A stretch of 64,000 nt of DNA from Cyanophyceae cyanobacterium (GTDB lineage Bacteria; Cyanobacteriota; Cyanobacteriia; Cyanobacteriales; JBHJGN01). Below, in pieces: positions 61,191 to 64,000 of the stretch. Every line of letters begins with the position of its first letter. Positions within the stretch are counted from its first letter, which is position 1. The stretch lies in contig JBHJGN010000022.1 of the NCBI GenBank assembly GCA_050331735.1, positions 32,001 through 96,000 of the forward strand, written 5' to 3'. The position numbers and the translations under genes were made by a program. The notes under the pieces are model-generated. The model saw only the letters and a list, made by a program, of their open reading frames with translations. It was not told the DNA's origin and ran no database searches.

Positions 61191-64000
61191 GTGGCTAAAA
61201 GAAGGCGGCGAGGAGTAGTACTGACTCCTGAAGGACTAGACAAGTTTCAGTCTGCCAGACTGAAATCTGAATCAGAACACAACTACGGCGAACGCTACAC
61301 TTACGAGAAGTTGAGCGAAATTACCTATTTAGATATCCACACTATTAAAAGAGTCCTGGATTGTCAAGAAGGAGTAGACAAGCGGACCCTCGAACGACTG
61401 TATATTAGCTTTGAGCTAGAACTCACCGAAGACTGCTACACCCAACCCAACCCCCATCGGCGGAGAAGCTGGGGCGAAGCGATGTGCGTCGCTACTTTTT
61501 ACGGGCGGACTGGGGAGCTATCTATTTTAGAAGGGTGGCTCCTCAAAGACCGCTGCCGAATCGTCACGCTATTAGGCATGGGGGGAGTCGGCAAAACCTG
61601 TTTGTCGGTGAAGCTGGCGAGACAGGTTCAGGAACGGTACGATTTGGTGTACTGGTGTAGTTTGAGAGATGCTCCGCCGGTAGAAGAAGTGCTCATAAAT
61701 GCTGTCGAGTTTCTCTCCGATGAGAAAGAAACAGCCGCAGATTTACCAGATAGCCTCAAGGGCAAGATTTCGCGGCTGATCGAGTATCTGCGGGAATCGC
61801 GCTGTTTGCTGGTGCTAGACAATATGGAGTCGATGCTCTGTAGCGGCAAACGAGCCGGACAGTTTCGCGAGGGGTATGAAGGGTATGGAGAGCTACTGCG
61901 GCGTCTTGGTGAAACCGAGCACCAGAGTAACATTCTGCTGACCTCAAGAGAAAAACCGAAGCAGGTGGCCTTTCTAGAGGGAGAGGAACTGCCTGTGCGG
62001 ACTTTCCGGGTTGGCGGCTTAGCCGAGGAAGCCGGAGAGGAACTGCTCAAGCTCAAGGGATTGTCGGGAACTGAGCCAGAGTATAGAGCTTTGATCGAGC
62101 ACTACGGCGGCAATCCTCTCGCCTTGAAGGTGGTGGCGACGACGATTCGCGATCTGTTTGCCGGAGATATTGGTGACTTTTTAGCCCACGAAACGGCGGT
62201 TTTTGGAGATATCCGTGACCTGTTGGATCAGCAGTTCGAGCGGCTTTCGGATGTTGAGAAGGAGATTGTCTACTGGCTGGCCATTAATCGGGAGTCGTCG
62301 ACCATTGCCGATGTACAGGAAGATATGGTTTCGGCTGTTCCTAAACAGTCTTTGCTAGAGGGGTTGGAGTCGCTATCGCGGCGGTCTTTGGTAGAGCGGG
62401 ATGCCTCGCGGTTTACGCTGCAAAACGTGGTCATGGAGTACGTGATTAACTGTTTTGTGGAGCGGGTTTGCCAGGAGATTGTTTCTTTGCAGCTCAAGTT
62501 ATTTCGCTATCATGCGGTGATTAAAGCGACAGCGAAGGACTACGTGAGGGAAACCCAAACGCGGCTGGTGCTTCAGCCAATTCTGGATGGGTTAACGGTT
62601 TTTTTTAAGTGTAAGCAGAACGTAGAGGGGGGGCTGAATAAGGTTTTATCTCTGTTGCGAGAGGGTCCGCCCTTGGAGATGGGGTATGCCGGGGGGAATG
62701 TGTTGAATTTGCTATGCCATTTAGGGACAGATCTGACAGGCTATGATTTTTCTAATTTGGCCGTGTGGCAGGCGGATTTGCGGTGTGTTTGTTTGCATGA
62801 CGTGAATTTCCAGAATGCGGATTTATCTAAGTCAGCGTTTGCCGAGGCATTTGGTGGGATTTGGTCAGTGGCTTTTAGCCCTGATGGGACGATTTTGGCT
62901 GTGGGAGATACTAAAGGCGAGATTCTTTTACGACAAGTAGAAAACGGTCGGCCAATTTGTAGCTTCAAAGGACACAATGGTTGGGTAGTCTCCCTGGCTT
63001 TTAGTCCTAATAGTAATACTTTGGCAAGTAGTAGCTGTGACTGTACAGCCAAGCTATGGGATATTAACACTGGTCAATGCCTTCATACTTTAAAAGAACA
63101 TACACAAGAAGTCTGGTCTGTGCTCTTTAGTCCCGATAGTAAAACTTTAGTAAGTGGGTGTGATGATAACAAAGTAAGACTATGGGATGTATCTACAGGC
63201 AAATGTTTCAAGGTTTTCCAGGGACATACAGATTGTGTGCTTTCGGTAGTCTTTAATTTAGATGGACGAGAAATACTAAGCGGAAGCCACGATAATACAA
63301 TTAGGCTCTGGGATATTGAGAGTGGGAAGTGCAAAAAAACTTTTCATGGGCACGATGATGGAGTACGATCTCTTGCTGTTAGTTCAGACGGTCAAACTTT
63401 TGCCAGTAGTAGTAACGATTGCACGATTAGACTTTGGAATATACAAACGGGTGAATGCCTCAAAGTTTTTCAGGGGCACACTAATGTAGTATTATCTGTC
63501 GATCTTTGCTTGCAGAGCAGTCTTCTAGCTAGTAGCAGTATCGACCAAACAGTAAGACTGTGGGATGTTGGCACAGGGGAATGTCTAAAAGTTTTTCACG
63601 GGCACTCTAATTACGTTAACTCAGTCGATTTTAGCCCGCAGAACAATTTTTTAGCTAGTGGTAGTCACGATCAGACAGTGCGACTGTGGAATACTAAGAC
63701 TTATCAATGCTTTAAAACTTTTCAGGGACACAACAGTCAAGCTCTTTCAGTTGTTTTCAGTCCAGATGGTCAGATGCTAGCCAGTGGCGGACACGACCAA
63801 AAGGTAAGGCTGTGGGATATTGGTATTGATCGAGCTATTAAAACACTTCACGAACATACCAATTGGGTTTGGTCAGTAGCTTTTAGCCCTCAAGGTAATC
63901 TTTTAGTTAGTGGTAGTGGTGACAGAACTGTAAGATTGTGGAATGTCAGTACGGGAAAGGCCATCAAAATATTTCAGGGTCATCAGGCTGTAGTTCGCTC
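61191..64000 (+). CDS. HTH - NB-ARC (STAND) - pentapeptide - WD40 repeat protein, partial at the window end
   Basis: GTG at 61191 after an AGGAGG RBS; in-frame KRRRRGVVLTPEGL, Walker A GMGGVGKT (61575), Walker B LLVLDN, GNPLAL, DLTGYDFSNL and many GH...VRLWD repeats; reads to the window end in one frame. Confidence 0.92.
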   Translation, partial: MAKRRRRGVVLTPEGLDKFQSARLKSESEHNYGERYTYEKLSEITYLDIHTIKRVLDCQEGVDKRTLERLYISFELELTEDCYTQPNPHRRRSWGEAMCVATFYGRTGELSILEGWLLKDRCRIVTLLGMGGVGKTCLSVKLARQVQERYDLVYWCSLRDAPPVEEVLINAVEFLSDEKETAADLPDSLKGKISRLIEYLRESRCLLVLDNMESMLCSGKRAGQFREGYEGYGELLRRLGETEHQSNILLTSREKPKQVAFLEGEELPVRTFRVGGLAEEAGEELLKLKGLSGTEPEYRALIEHYGGNPLALKVVATTIRDLFAGDIGDFLAHETAVFGDIRDLLDQQFERLSDVEKEIVYWLAINRESSTIADVQEDMVSAVPKQSLLEGLESLSRRSLVERDASRFTLQNVVMEYVINCFVERVCQEIVSLQLKLFRYHAVIKATAKDYVRETQTRLVLQPILDGLTVFFKCKQNVEGGLNKVLSLLREGPPLEMGYAGGNVLNLLCHLGTDLTGYDFSNLAVWQADLRCVCLHDVNFQNADLSKSAFAEAFGGIWSVAFSPDGTILAVGDTKGEILLRQVENGRPICSFKGHNGWVVSLAFSPNSNTLASSSCDCTAKLWDINTGQCLHTLKEHTQEVWSVLFSPDSKTLVSGCDDNKVRLWDVSTGKCFKVFQGHTDCVLSVVFNLDGREILSGSHDNTIRLWDIESGKCKKTFHGHDDGVRSLAVSSDGQTFASSSNDCTIRLWNIQTGECLKVFQGHTNVVLSVDLCLQSSLLASSSIDQTVRLWDVGTGECLKVFHGHSNYVNSVDFSPQNNFLASGSHDQTVRLWNTKTYQCFKTFQGHNSQALSVVFSPDGQMLASGGHDQKVRLWDIGIDRAIKTLHEHTNWVWSVAFSPQGNLLVSGSGDRTVRLWNVSTGKAIKIFQGHQAVVR

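Noticed and set aside
61628..63334. Minus-strand ORFs over the NB-ARC/WD40 gene, and similar shadow ORFs elsewhere
   Set aside because: They are antisense or alternate-frame shadows of well-supported genes.

Overview
Cyanobacterial chromosomal window (abundant HIP1 octamer GCGATCGC, an ndhP gene, heptamer tandem repeats). From 0 to 8.4 kb are housekeeping-type genes: J-domain/pentapeptide protein, DUF3352-like protein, MBL hydrolase, a 40-aa ndhP missed by the ORF track, ABC-2 permease, oxidoreductase-SelD fusion and a PRTase. From 8.5 to 17.5 kb is a general-stress locus: ChaB fusion, dps, and a six-gene two-component cluster. From about 18.7 to 58.8 kb is a large carbon/redox region. It holds two receiver-TrxB-like fusions lacking CxxC around a cNMP histidine kinase, rpe, a vanadium haloperoxidase-like protein, GH15, tkt, an icfG-like partner-switching module built around glgX, NDH-2, a tal-pgi/gnd/zwf/fbp/fbaB/glk/aquaporin/invertase operon and pgl. 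An HTH-NB-ARC-WD40 gene runs off the right end. Non-coding highlights are a family of heptamer-tract repeats carrying covarying GNA-loop mini-hairpins (two copies bracket the GH15 gene as ~95-bp inverted repeats), several densely base-paired intergenic regions that may be undescribed RNAs, and a LexA-like box before a Rad52-like gene. No rRNA, tRNA, CRISPR array or intact transposase was recognised. All family calls are from motif recognition by eye; no database search was run.
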